Source: Halorutilales archaeon Cl-col2-1
GTDB taxonomy: Archaea > Halobacteriota > Halobacteria > Halobacteriales > Afararchaeaceae
DNA: 32,000 nucleotides
Assembly: GCA_041891055.1 (NCBI GenBank)
Contig: CP169074.1
Location: forward strand, 1,583,863-1,615,862
Reading direction: 5' to 3'
In this document: positions 17,877-26,658 of the stretch, one piece after another
How positions within the stretch are numbered: position 1 is the first letter of the stretch
Layout: each line of letters starts with the position of its first letter
Notes under the pieces: model-generated
The model's database searches: none
Seen by the model: only the letters and a program-made list of their open reading frames with translations
Told to the model about the DNA's origin: nothing
Program-made: the position numbers and the translations under genes

Positions 17877-19094
17877 TTAGTAGTTGAGCTGTTTCTCAAT
17901 CCTTATGAGTTCGTTTAGCTTAGCTGTGCGTTCTCCTCCGACGGCTCCCGTCTTTATGAACGAGGTTCCCATTCCGACGCTGAGATGTGCTATCGTCGCG
18001 TCCTCTGTCTCGCCGCTTCTGTGGGACATCACCGTCTCGTATCCGTTCCTATGAGCGGTCTCGACTGCGTCGTCCGTGAGACTCAGGCTGCCTATCTGGT
18101 TCGGCTTTATCAGAATCGAGTTCGCCGCGCCCTCGTTGATACCTCTTTCGAGTCTCTCTACGTTCGTCACGAAGAGGTCGTCTCCACAGACGAGTACGTC
18201 GGTGTCGGATACTCGTTGGGTGAGTTCGGCAAATCCATCGAAGTCGTCCTCCTCTAAGGGGTCTTCGACGTAGACGAGGTCGTGGTCACGTATCACAGAC
18301 TCGACGTACTCTATCTGTTCGTCGGGACTCCTCTCGGTGTCTGAGTAGACGTATGTTCCTGCGTCCTCGTCCCAGATCTCGCTCGCCGCCATGTCGAGTC
18401 CTACACGTACCTCGAAGTCGGGGTCTACTCTGTCTATCGACTCTTCGAGTATCTCGAAAGCCTCGGAGTCGTCCACCGAGGGTGCCCACGCTCCCTCGTC
18501 ACCCTTTCCTGCTGGTACTCCCCTCTCTTCGAGGACGTCTCCTATCGCAGAATGTATCTCAGCGTTCGTGAAAGCCGCCTCCTCGAAAGACGGTGCTCCG
18601 ACGGGTGCGACCAAGAACTCCTGTATGTCGGTCGCCTCCTGAGCGTGCTCTCCCCCGCCTATCACATTTCCGAGGGGAGTCGGAAGCGACTGCCTCATGC
18701 TCCCTCCGACGTTGTGGTGAAGGGGTATTCCGACTGAGTTCGCCGCCGCCTTTGCTGTCGCCATCGATATAGCGACTGCGGAGTTGGCTCCAATTCCCGA
18801 GAAGTTGTGGGTTCCGTCGACTTCTTCGAGTACCGAGTCGACCTTTCTCTGGTTCGATGCGTCGACTCCCATAAGCTCGTCTATGGCTTCCTGTGCTTCG
18901 TCTACCGCCTCCTCGACGGGAAGCTCGACTGCCTCGTACTCCCCCGTCGATGCTCCCGAGGGCGCGGCACCTCTTCCGACTCCGTTCCGGGTCGTAACCT
19001 CGGCTTCGACTGTCGGATTTCCGCGTGAGTCGAGTATCTTCGTGAGTTCGACTTCTTCTATGACGGTCTCGGTCTCTGTCGAGGTCAGGCTCAA
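17877..19094 (-). CDS. eno: Enolase (phosphopyruvate hydratase)
   Basis: [34 protein letters not shown] and SHRSGETED are present. The track ORF (to 19469) reads through rpoK and rpoN in another frame. The likely real start is TTG at 19092-19094, overlapping the rpoK TGA and preceded by GGAGGGGG. Confidence 0.9.
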   Translation of the reverse strand: MSLTSTETETVIEEVELTKILDSRGNPTVEAEVTTRNGVGRGAAPSGASTGEYEAVELPVEEAVDEAQEAIDELMGVDASNQRKVDSVLEEVDGTHNFSGIGANSAVAISMATAKAAANSVGIPLHHNVGGSMRQSLPTPLGNVIGGGEHAQEATDIQEFLVAPVGAPSFEEAAFTNAEIHSAIGDVLEERGVPAGKGDEGAWAPSVDDSEAFEILEESIDRVDPDFEVRVGLDMAASEIWDEDAGTYVYSDTERSPDEQIEYVESVIRDHDLVYVEDPLEEDDFDGFAELTQRVSDTDVLVCGDDLFVTNVERLERGINEGAANSILIKPNQIGSLSLTDDAVETAHRNGYETVMSHRSGETEDATIAHLSVGMGTSFIKTGAVGGERTAKLNELIRIEKQLNY

Positions 19095-19282
19095 GCCGAC
19101 CCCCTCCTGACTGTGATCGGAAGCACACCGTTCTCTAGCTCCCTCTCGGCTATCAGAACAGGGTCGGAAGTCCCCGTATCTATGAGGGGCGGCGCTCCCT
19201 TCGATATCTGGAGGGCTCTCGCTCCGATTATCCTCGCCCTCTCGTATCTCGTGTACTCGTTCTGTGTCTTTATATCCGTCAT
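19091..19282 (-). CDS. rpoK: DNA-directed RNA polymerase subunit K (Rpo6)
   Basis: 63-aa [20 protein letters not shown] is the Rpo6 signature. Confidence 0.9.
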   Translation of the reverse strand: MTDIKTQNEYTRYERARIIGARALQISKGAPPLIDTGTSDPVLIAERELENGVLPITVRRGSA

Positions 19283-19294
19283 GGATTAGATTAC

Positions 19295-19486
19295 TTACTG
19301 GTACGGAGCCACGTCGTCGACGAGGTCTTCGTGGCTTACAAGCATCCTTCTGCAGCAGTACCTGTCGACACCGAGTTCGTCGAGAACCTCCTCGGGGTCT
19401 TCTCCCTCGGACGTCCTCTCCTCGAACTCCTCGTAATGCTCCGACACGGGCTTGCCGCACGTGAAACATCTAACGGGGATCATCAT
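19295..19486 (-). CDS. rpoN: DNA-directed RNA polymerase subunit N (Rpo10)
   Basis: 63-aa [15 protein letters not shown]...YCCRRM is the zinc-binding signature. AGAGGTGAT (Shine-Dalgarno-like) lies upstream. Confidence 0.9.
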   Translation of the reverse strand: MMIPVRCFTCGKPVSEHYEEFEERTSEGEDPEEVLDELGVDRYCCRRMLVSHEDLVDDVAPYQ

Positions 19487-19500
19487 GGCTTATCACCTCT

Positions 19501-19911
19501 CTATCTGTACGACTTCTGGTAACGTGCTCTCGCTCCGGGTCCTCCGAACTTCTTCGCCTCCTTCTGTCTAGAGTCGTTTATGAGGAGAGACCGGTCGAAC
19601 TCCATGTAGGCGTCTCTGAGTTCGGCGTCTCCGGTCCAGTCTACGAGTCCACGTGCGATAGCTGTCCTGACGGCGTCGGCGTGTGCTGAGACTCCGCCTC
19701 CCTCGACCTGTATGTCTATGTTGACTTTTCCTCTGAGATCCTTCTCGGGGATACGGAAGGGCTCCTCCATCTTGAGACGCGCGCTCTCGGGCTCGAATAG
19801 CTCTATGGGCTCCGAGTTGACTCTCACGCGTCCGTTCCCCTCCTTAACCGTCGCGCGTGCGACAGCCGTCTTCTTCTTACCCGATGTGTTTACTGTGTCT
19901 GAGTCTACCAT
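19501..19911 (-). CDS. rps9: Ribosomal protein uS9 (S9)
   Basis: 136-aa ORF. It shows [10 protein letters not shown], the C-terminus [10 protein letters not shown] and GGG..AQA-like ([11 protein letters not shown]). Confidence 0.93.
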   Translation of the reverse strand: MVDSDTVNTSGKKKTAVARATVKEGNGRVRVNSEPIELFEPESARLKMEEPFRIPEKDLRGKVNIDIQVEGGGVSAHADAVRTAIARGLVDWTGDAELRDAYMEFDRSLLINDSRQKEAKKFGGPGARARYQKSYR

Positions 19912-20366
19912 GTTACGTTAGCACCAAGCTTCTTGCTTATCTCGCCGAGTCTGATGACCCTCGCCTTACCGAGGTTATCAGCGTCGGCGTCCTCTACGGT
20001 CTCGAACTCGACGTCGTCTCCGGCGTACTCCCTCGGGACGTCTATGTAGAAACGCAGGTTCGACATCGCCTCACGTCCCCTCTTCTTCTTGTGGGGAACC
20101 ATTCCCCTGACCGTCCTCCTCGCTAAGCCGTCGGGTCTCTTGGGATGGTCGGGACCCTGGTCGCTCCTCGCCGATGTCTTCTTCCTGTATCTTTCCACTG
20201 TCTCGTCAGTGTCACCTGAGACGACTATCCCCTCGGCGTTGACGACTGCTACCCTCTCTCCGTCTAGGAGTTTCGACGCGACGGTACTCGCGAGCCTTCC
20301 GAGAACCGCGTTCTTTCCGTCTATGACCGTACACTCGTCTGGACTGAACTCTGCTTCTGCCTTCAT
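19905..20366 (-). CDS. rpl13: Ribosomal protein uL13 (L13)
   Basis: 153-aa [17 protein letters not shown] and [10 protein letters not shown] are present. Confidence 0.93.
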   Translation of the reverse strand: MKAEAEFSPDECTVIDGKNAVLGRLASTVASKLLDGERVAVVNAEGIVVSGDTDETVERYRKKTSARSDQGPDHPKRPDGLARRTVRGMVPHKKKRGREAMSNLRFYIDVPREYAGDDVEFETVEDADADNLGKARVIRLGEISKKLGANVTW

Positions 20367-20369
20367 GTT

Positions 20370-20726
20370 TCACCTCAGTATCCTTACGTTAGAGCCCTCG
20401 GGATTCTCCTCTATGTACTCATCGAGGAGTACGGTGTCACCGTCGGCTCTGTCTATCTTGTCACGCGCCGACGACGAGAAGTCGAAGGCTGCGACCTTTA
20501 CGCTCTTAGAGAGTACACCGCTTCCGAGAACCTTACCCGGAACTACTACTGCTTCGTCGTCCTCGGCGGCGTACCTCTCTATCTTTCCCAGGTTGACCTC
20601 GGAGTGGCTGCGGCGCGGCTTCTCGAGACGCGACGCTACCTCCTCCCAGACACCTGCGTCCTCTTCTCGTGCGTACCTCCTCAGATCGTCGATGAGGCTT
20701 ACGAGTCTTGGATTCTGTTTTTCCAT
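20370..20726 (-). CDS. rpl18e: Ribosomal protein eL18 (L18e)
   Basis: 118-aa [13 protein letters not shown]....E..GVW..V...L..PRR and VVVPGKVLG are present. It holds the conserved position after tRNA-Leu. Confidence 0.9.
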   Translation of the reverse strand: MEKQNPRLVSLIDDLRRYAREEDAGVWEEVASRLEKPRRSHSEVNLGKIERYAAEDDEAVVVPGKVLGSGVLSKSVKVAAFDFSSSARDKIDRADGDTVLLDEYIEENPEGSNVRILR

Positions 20727-20759
20727 GTTTTCCTCTTTTGTGTTGTGTTTAAGCGTGAA

Positions 20760-20844
20760 TGCGGGGAGCCGGATTTGAACCGGCGAACCCCTACGGGACA
20801 GCGCCCTGAACGCTGCGCCGTTGGCCTAACTTGGCGATCCCCGC
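20760..20844 (-). tRNA. tRNA-Leu (anticodon CAG), class II with a long variable arm
   Basis: Minus strand: GCGGGGATCGCCAAGTTAGGCCAACGGCGCAGCGTTCAGGGCGCTGTCCCGTAGGGGTTCGCCGGTTCAAATCCGGCTCCCCGCA. The cloverleaf pairs, and the anticodon loop is TTCAGGG. Confidence 0.93.
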
Positions 20845-20886
20845 ACTACGTTTATTCAGTTCTACGTCGTTGCGTTGTTGTGTTGT

Positions 20887-21663
20887 CTATGGGGCTATAC
20901 TACTCTGAAGCTCGTCGGCACGGCTCGACAGTGAGTCGGCGGCGTACTCGACTATCTCCTCGACACTGTGTGAGCCGTCTGTCTCAATCTGGAAGACGTA
21001 CGAGTTGGGAACGTCCTCGACTCCGACGCCCTCTCCGAACGCCTCCGTGATGTCGTTGTCGTACTCCTCCATGTCGACGAGCTCCCCGTCGTCAGTCTCG
21101 ACTACTCCGCGGACTATCTTCTCGTCCTGAGGCTCGTCTGTCAGTCTCTTGAGCCTCGTGTATCCCACGGCGGTTCCTCCTTGGTTTTTGGCGTGTTCGG
21201 TTCCCTTTCCGAGCCTCGCTTTACACTCGGCGGTGAACGCCTGACCCGGCTTGAGCTTGATTATGGGAATACCTCCCGTCACGGGCTCAACCTCGGGATC
21301 CTCGGAGTCGAGGTCGGACGAGTAGACTGTGACGTCCTCGTCGTCCGCCTCGATGTCCACGGTGAGGGAAACCTCACACTGAGCACAGCCCTCGCCCTCG
21401 CACGAACATTCGTCGGGGAGGTTGTATGACTCCAGATCCGTCGTCAGAGGAACCAGTCCGAGACGCAGCGATATGATCTCGTCGAACATCACCGACGTAT
21501 TCTCGTACATGTCGACGTCGTCTATCGACATCGTCGGAACGCCCGAGAGTATCGTACGTCTGATACCGTTCGCGAAAGCCGGCGACACGTCTCTCACGAG
21601 AAGACGTGCCTTCTGGTCGGACTTGTCTATGTACTCCGTCTCCATGCTGTTGTTATAGTCCAC
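20887..21663 (-). CDS. rpoD: DNA-directed RNA polymerase subunit D (Rpo3)
   Basis: 258-aa [18 protein letters not shown] and the Cys cluster [12 protein letters not shown] are present. An alternative start at METEY (21645) would avoid the 11-nt overlap with rps11. Confidence 0.9.
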   Translation of the reverse strand: MDYNNSMETEYIDKSDQKARLLVRDVSPAFANGIRRTILSGVPTMSIDDVDMYENTSVMFDEIISLRLGLVPLTTDLESYNLPDECSCEGEGCAQCEVSLTVDIEADDEDVTVYSSDLDSEDPEVEPVTGGIPIIKLKPGQAFTAECKARLGKGTEHAKNQGGTAVGYTRLKRLTDEPQDEKIVRGVVETDDGELVDMEEYDNDITEAFGEGVGVEDVPNSYVFQIETDGSHSVEEIVEYAADSLSSRADELQSSIAP

Positions 21664-22054
21664 GTCTTCCCTTGGGACCCTTACAGCCGTCGTGGGGAAT
21701 CGGGGTGACGTCCTCTATACGTCCTATTTCGAGTCCAGCACGAGCGAGTGCCCTTATAGCCGCCTGCGCTCCGGGTCCGGGGTTGGTGTTCATGTTGCCA
21801 CCAGGGGCACGTATACGGACGTGGACGCCCTCTATCCCCTTCTCCTGTGCGGCGTTTGCGACTTCCTCAGCCATCTGCATCGCGGCGTAGGGTGTCGACT
21901 CGTTGCGGCTCTGCTTCACGACTGAACCTCCGCTACTCTTAGCGAGCGTCTCAGCACCAGTCACGTCTGTGAGTGTGATGATGCTGTTGTTCATGCTCGC
22001 GTGTATATGTGCGACTCCCCATCTCGATCCGTTGTGTTCCTCAGATTCGCTCAT
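21653..22054 (-). CDS. rps11: Ribosomal protein uS11 (S11)
   Basis: 133-aa [21 protein letters not shown] and [14 protein letters not shown] are present. Confidence 0.95.
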   Translation of the reverse strand: MSESEEHNGSRWGVAHIHASMNNSIITLTDVTGAETLAKSSGGSVVKQSRNESTPYAAMQMAEEVANAAQEKGIEGVHVRIRAPGGNMNTNPGPGAQAAIRALARAGLEIGRIEDVTPIPHDGCKGPKGRRGL

Positions 22055-22587
22055 TCTTGTTCACCTGCTCTTTCGGGATGTAGGTCGTCGGAGAGAGGCG
22101 AGTTGCCGTAGAACTCGATCTCCGACTCCTCGTCCACCTCTACCTTGTAGCTCGGTATTGTGACTCTCTTTCCGTCGACGGCTATGTGTCCGTGGGCGAT
22201 GAACTGTCTCGCCTGGTCTACGGTGTTGGCGAGACCTTTTCTGTGAACCTGTGTCTGGAGACGTCTTTCGAGTATGTCGGTAACATCGAGTCCGAGTATG
22301 TCGTCGACGCCGCCCTCCGACCTCAGGATTCCGAGCCTGCGGAGTCTCTCGACGAGCTGGTCACGCGCGGTCTCGACCTGCTGTGACGCCGTGCCCTCGG
22401 CGGTCTCTCCGAGTATACGTCGTGCCTCACGTCTGTGGTCACGTAGCTCCGACTGGGCGTCCCACAGCTCTCTCTTGTTCTTGAGACCGTACTCGTCGAC
22501 GAGCCTGTGTTCGTCGCTTATCCTCTCGCCCTGGAAGGGATGGTTGGGCGTCTCGTAGTCCTTCGTGTTCTTACCCGGGTATCCCAT
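22051..22587 (-). CDS. rps4: Ribosomal protein uS4 (S4)
   Basis: 178-aa ORF. It has an S4 RNA-binding domain ([37 protein letters not shown]). Confidence 0.95.
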   Translation of the reverse strand: MGYPGKNTKDYETPNHPFQGERISDEHRLVDEYGLKNKRELWDAQSELRDHRREARRILGETAEGTASQQVETARDQLVERLRRLGILRSEGGVDDILGLDVTDILERRLQTQVHRKGLANTVDQARQFIAHGHIAVDGKRVTIPSYKVEVDEESEIEFYGNSPLSDDLHPERAGEQE

Positions 22588-23093
22588 TATTCTTCACCTC
22601 CTTCCTCGGCGGCTTCCTCCTGAAGCTCAGAGACCTTGACTTCGACCTCTCCGCCGGTACGTCCCGTCGACTTCGTGCGCTGTCCACGTACCTTCTTGCC
22701 CTTCCTGTGTCGTATTCCCTTGTACGACTCGATCTTCTGCATCCTGCTTATGTCCTCCTCGTGGACTATTTCGAGGTCTCCTCCTATAACGTGTCTGTCC
22801 TCTCCCGTGTAACGATCCTTCTCGCGGTTGAGCATCCAGTCGGGAGCTATCTCGTCGAAGTTCCTAACTGCATCCTTGACCGCCTCTATCTCGTCGTCTT
22901 CTAGCTTACCCAGGATACTCCTCGGGTCGACATCTATCTCGTGCGCTACAGTCTTTGCGGCTCGTCTACCTACTCCGTCCATCTCTAAGAGAGCGGTCTC
23001 GACGCTCTTAGTACCGTCGAGATCGGTTCTCCCGACACGTACGAAGTACTGGATGTCCTCGTCTTCTTGTTCTTGGTCTTCCTCAGCACTCAT
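22587..23093 (-). CDS. rps13: Ribosomal protein uS13 (S13)
   Basis: 168-aa [15 protein letters not shown] and [22 protein letters not shown] are present. Confidence 0.95.
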   Translation of the reverse strand: MSAEEDQEQEDEDIQYFVRVGRTDLDGTKSVETALLEMDGVGRRAAKTVAHEIDVDPRSILGKLEDDEIEAVKDAVRNFDEIAPDWMLNREKDRYTGEDRHVIGGDLEIVHEEDISRMQKIESYKGIRHRKGKKVRGQRTKSTGRTGGEVEVKVSELQEEAAEEGGEE

Positions 23094-23143
23094 GTTGTGT
23101 TACGTTGCTTTGTTGTTGTCTTGTTTTCTTCAGCGCTTTTCGA

Positions 23144-23226
23144 CGTCGGGAGAGGGATTCGAACCCCCGCGGCGAGAACGCCACAGGATTAGCAATCCTG
23201 CGCCTTAACCACTCGGCCATCCCGAC
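23144..23226 (-). tRNA. tRNA-Ser (anticodon GCU), class II
   Basis: Minus strand: GTCGGGATGGCCGAGTGGTTAAGGCGCAGGATTGCTAATCCTGTGGCGTTCTCGCCGCGGGGGTTCGAATCCCTCTCCCGACG. The anticodon loop is TTGCTAA, and it has a long variable arm. Confidence 0.93.
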
Positions 23227-23332
23227 TCGAAGCTTGGGTTTGTCTTTTGGCTGATTTGCTTTCTATACGTCGCCCATCCGGACTCGGGGCATACACCCCT
23301 ACATTCAAACGTGTTAGTAGAGTACGTTCTCG

Positions 23333-23343
23333 TTAATATAAAG
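23333..23343. promoter_or_regulatory. Strong AT-rich TATA-like element (TTAATATAAAG on plus, CTTTATATTAA on minus) in the SBDS / tRNA-Ser spacer
   Basis: This is the only strongly AT-rich block in the 163-nt spacer. On the minus strand it sits about 110 nt upstream of tRNA-Ser. Its orientation and what it drives are unresolved. Confidence 0.35.
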
Positions 23344-23389
23344 ACAACGGTTCTAACCCCCCTAGACAAAGGTTACCGTGGTCTTCGTC

Positions 23390-24103
23390 TCAGAGATCGC
23401 CCTTCTCGACGACCTCTGTCTCGGCGTTTCCGTCGGTTATCTTGTTGACAAGGTCGTAGAAGTCGTTCTGCATACCAGCGGGGAACTCGACGACTGCTAT
23501 CCAAGAGCCGTCGGAACGCCACTCCTCGTCCTTCAGGTCACCGAACTCCCTGAGCTGACCCTGTGCCGCGCCCGCGTACTCCGCCGGAATCCTAGTCGCC
23601 ACGGTAATCTCCTCGAAACGTATCGGTATCACGGGACGCAGTGCGTCGACCGCCTCGTCGACCTGTGACGACGCGGGCTCCATCGGGTCGACGTCGAAGC
23701 CCGCTTGGTCGAGAGCCCTGTCTATCCTGTCGGGCGGATGAGGTGTGTTCTTCTCCTGAGGATTGATAGCGTTTCTCGCTATCGTGTTGATTATCTGTTT
23801 CCTCTTGTCCTCCTTCATCTGTTCGCGCTGCTCCGCCGTGATCTGTATCTCTCCCTGTCTCACGACCTCAGGAATTATCTCGAGAGGCTGGGTCGTCCCG
23901 AAGACCTCTTCGAGAGCCTCCTCGGGGGGACGGTCGCCGCGTGACGCGTTCTCGAAGACGTCCTCAACGGCTATGACGTCTTCCAGATCGCCGTCGAACT
24001 CGCCTCTCTTTATAGAGAGCGCGGCGTCGGGGTCTACGAGAACCTCGAAACGCTCGCCGTGTGACTCGTAACGTACCGTGACGGCTTCGTCGAGGGAGAT
24101 CAT
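23390..24103 (-). CDS. SBDS/Sdo1 family ribosome maturation protein
   Basis: 237-aa ORF. It has the FYSH-domain N-terminus (VRYESHGERFEVLVDPD.AL..K) and the conserved position after psmA in the archaeal 'exosome superoperon'. Confidence 0.85.
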   Translation of the reverse strand: MISLDEAVTVRYESHGERFEVLVDPDAALSIKRGEFDGDLEDVIAVEDVFENASRGDRPPEEALEEVFGTTQPLEIIPEVVRQGEIQITAEQREQMKEDKRKQIINTIARNAINPQEKNTPHPPDRIDRALDQAGFDVDPMEPASSQVDEAVDALRPVIPIRFEEITVATRIPAEYAGAAQGQLREFGDLKDEEWRSDGSWIAVVEFPAGMQNDFYDLVNKITDGNAETEVVEKGDL

Positions 24104-24105
24104 TC

Positions 24106-24822
24106 TTACAGGTGCTCGCTTATCTCGTCGTTCGAGAGTTCGGTGTAGTTCTCGGTCTCTGTCTCTATCACTGCGACCTCGAAGTTCTCGACCTTGGTCT
24201 CCTCGTCGTCGGGTCTCGACTCAGCGGCGGCGTCGAGTGCTAAGCCTACCGCGTCGTCGAGGCTCATGTCGTCTTCGTAGGTCTCCTCTAGGTAGTCTAT
24301 GATGTCGTTCGAGTCGGAGCCTATCGCTGTCGCCTTCCACTCGTAGAAGCTTCCGCTCGGGTCGGTCTCGAAGACACGCGGCTCGCCGTCCTCTATGCCT
24401 CCGGCTATCAGGGCGACACCGAAGGGACGCACGCCACCGCGCTGTGTGAACTCCTGTATCTCGTCGGAGAGATGACGAACCGCTGTCTCGACACCTATCG
24501 GCTCCTTGTAAGAAGCCCTGTTGACCTGGGACTCCTCACGTAGCTTGTCTATGAGCTTACGCGCGTCGGTGACGTGTCCCGCGCTCGCCGCTCCTATGTG
24601 TGAGTCTATCTTGAAGATCTTCTCTATCGTCTCCGACTCCATCAGAGACGATCCGACGCGTTTGAACGCCGCGAGGACAACACCCTCAGGTACTGCGACT
24701 CCGACGCTCGCGGTTCCTCTCTTGACCGCCTCGCGTGCGTACTCAACCTGGTAGAGACGCCCGTCGGGGCTGAATATAGTTATTCCTCTGTCGTATGCCT
24801 GCTGCTGTGAGTTTGGTTGCAA
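24106..24822 (-). CDS. psmA: Proteasome subunit alpha
   Basis: QQQAYDRGITIFSPDGRLYQVEYA is present. The start is TTG, preceded by GGAAGTGATC (Shine-Dalgarno-like). Confidence 0.95.
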   Translation of the reverse strand: MQPNSQQQAYDRGITIFSPDGRLYQVEYAREAVKRGTASVGVAVPEGVVLAAFKRVGSSLMESETIEKIFKIDSHIGAASAGHVTDARKLIDKLREESQVNRASYKEPIGVETAVRHLSDEIQEFTQRGGVRPFGVALIAGGIEDGEPRVFETDPSGSFYEWKATAIGSDSNDIIDYLEETYEDDMSLDDAVGLALDAAAESRPDDEETKVENFEVAVIETETENYTELSNDEISEHL

Positions 24823-24845
24823 GTTAAGATCACTTCCTGTTTGTC

Positions 24846-25325
24846 TTACTTAAAATCATGTACAGTGGCACCTATAAATACTGTGCCCTCTTCGTCGGTC
24901 TCCTCGGCTTCGAAGTCGAGACGGTCTCGGCTCTTCCACGCGACTCTCGTGACGCCGTCGTCTTCGACTTCGACCCTCTCCCAGTCGGGCTTCGAGAACT
25001 TCTCTCTGCCAGAGTTGAGAGTTCCGCTCACTCCCACGACTCTCACTCCGACGTCCTCTCCTTCGACAGACGTCACACACGCGAGTGCGCTACGGATCTC
25101 GTCGACTCTGTCGTGGGCGCATCTCACGACGCCGACGGGCGGGTCGTACTCGATCAGCTCGGCGCGCGCCTCGCTCGACACTATGTCGCCGAAGAGGTTC
25201 TGTGACTCGAACCAGATCTGTCTCTCAAGACTCTTCTCGTCGACTTTCCCTGAGTTGGGAAGTGTTTCGACCTCGAAGAAGACGTATCTGTGTCTGGGTT
25301 CGAGCGACTTCGGGAGACGTTTCAT
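24846..25325 (-). CDS. RNase P protein component 2 (Pop5/Rpp14 homologue)
   Basis: The N-terminus LPKSLEPRHRYVFFEV is the Pop5 signature. At 159 aa it appears longer than my memory of typical archaeal Pop5, with an acidic C-terminal extension. Confidence 0.8.
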   Translation of the reverse strand: MKRLPKSLEPRHRYVFFEVETLPNSGKVDEKSLERQIWFESQNLFGDIVSSEARAELIEYDPPVGVVRCAHDRVDEIRSALACVTSVEGEDVGVRVVGVSGTLNSGREKFSKPDWERVEVEDDGVTRVAWKSRDRLDFEAEETDEEGTVFIGATVHDFK

Positions 25326-25993
25326 AGAACCTCGACCACCTCGTCGTCTTCGCTCTCGACTATACTACTCGGCGTCTCAACGGTACCCTCGTGTATCTCG
25401 TCGTCGTCGAAGCCCACCATCTCACACAGAGCTTCGACTTCGCGCGCGCCCTTGAGTTCGAGGTGTGAGAAGGGGTCGGCTGAGACGACGAAGGGTGCGG
25501 AGTACTTCCTGACGAGCTTGAGGAGGAGCTTCATGTCCCTGAGTTCGTGGACACGTCTTCCTCCCGACTCTCTCAAGACGTTCCGAAGGCTGAACTCGAG
25601 AGCGACATCATTCTCGGCGGCTTGCTTCACTAAGACGTGGTTGAAACCCCTGTGTCTTCCCTCGTGTGGGTGAGACAGGACGTCTACCCTATCCGAGGAC
25701 ACCGCGGCTCTGTTTATCGCCTCATCGCCGCCGTGGACACAGACACAGTCGTACTCGTCGCCCGCGTAGCCGCCGAGGTAGCCGTGTAGCTCGTCGGGTG
25801 TCTCGGCGCGTATCTCGACTCCTTTATACACGTCTACGTCTACGTCGGAACTCACGTTCGGACTCACGTCGTCGGGGAGGGAGTCGGAGTGGTTCCTCAC
25901 GACTACCGAAGAGTAGCCCGCACAGTCGGCAGTGAGAGCCATCCTTTCGAGAGTCGTGGGAGCCTCGGGAGCGACGTGGACGAACTCGAACAT
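25322..25993 (-). CDS. RNase P protein component 3 (Rpp30 homologue)
   Basis: 223-aa TIM-barrel-like ORF directly upstream of and overlapping Pop5. The pattern GYSSVVV, VDVLSHP and ALEFSL resembles Rpp30. Confidence 0.75.
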   Translation of the reverse strand: MFEFVHVAPEAPTTLERMALTADCAGYSSVVVRNHSDSLPDDVSPNVSSDVDVDVYKGVEIRAETPDELHGYLGGYAGDEYDCVCVHGGDEAINRAAVSSDRVDVLSHPHEGRHRGFNHVLVKQAAENDVALEFSLRNVLRESGGRRVHELRDMKLLLKLVRKYSAPFVVSADPFSHLELKGAREVEALCEMVGFDDDEIHEGTVETPSSIVESEDDEVVEVL

Positions 25994-26081
25994 CTAACCT
26001 TCCTAGGACATCAGACGTGGTTAAGCTTCTCATTCTCACAAATATCGCAGAAGGTTTAGACGCTCTCCCCCAACTCAGAGT

Positions 26082-26642
26082 ATGTACATAGGACGTTTCG
26101 TGATAGTCGCGCCCGAGTTCGGAGCATACCGAGTCTCTTCGAGGTCTTTCCCCGACCGCGTAGTAAGGGAGTCCGAGGACGTCGACGGTCTCTCTGTCGT
26201 CCCCGAGGAACAGTATGACAACCCCTATGTCTCGTACAACTGTCTCAGGAAGACCGAGAACTCGACGGTGATAGGAAACGGGACACACGTCGACCCGATA
26301 GCCGAGAAGATCGGGATGGGATACCCCGCAAGGGACGCCCTCTCGCTCGCTCTCCTGTCTCTCGACTTCGAGAAGGACGACTACGACACACCGCGCGTCG
26401 CGGGTGTAGTGGGTGACGACGCCGACTCTTACATAGGAATAGTAACCAAGGACTCGCTCGTCGTTGAGAAGGTCGAAGAGCCCACACTCGTCGCTACATA
26501 CGAGGAACAGAAGCCGACGACTCTGGAGTTCTCAGCTGACGACGCCGACGACGCCGCCGAGAAGGCATACGGTCTCGACTACGAACATCCCGTCGCGGCG
26601 TGTGCTGTCTACGACGGAGAGACGGCGATCTACAACGGCTGA
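26082..26642 (+). CDS. purO: IMP cyclohydrolase, archaeal type (PurO)
   Basis: 186-aa ORF. The N-terminus MYIGRFVIVA...YRVSSRSFP is characteristic of PurO. Confidence 0.85.
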   Translation: MYIGRFVIVAPEFGAYRVSSRSFPDRVVRESEDVDGLSVVPEEQYDNPYVSYNCLRKTENSTVIGNGTHVDPIAEKIGMGYPARDALSLALLSLDFEKDDYDTPRVAGVVGDDADSYIGIVTKDSLVVEKVEEPTLVATYEEQKPTTLEFSADDADDAAEKAYGLDYEHPVAACAVYDGETAIYNG

Positions 26643-26658
26643 ATAACTAACTCTAACT

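Noticed and set aside
17877-19469. A 530-aa ORF that would give enolase a 124-residue Arg-rich N-terminal extension.
   Set aside because: The upstream third overlaps the well-supported rpoK and rpoN genes in another frame. It is a compositionally odd Arg/Gly-rich read-through, and enolase homology only begins near 19060. I trimmed the gene to the TTG at 19094.
20887-21663. The Cys cluster [12 protein letters not shown] in RpoD, considered as an unusual metal site.
   Set aside because: Archaeal Rpo3/RpoD commonly carries Cys-rich (Fe-S or remnant) motifs in this domain, so this is not anomalous.
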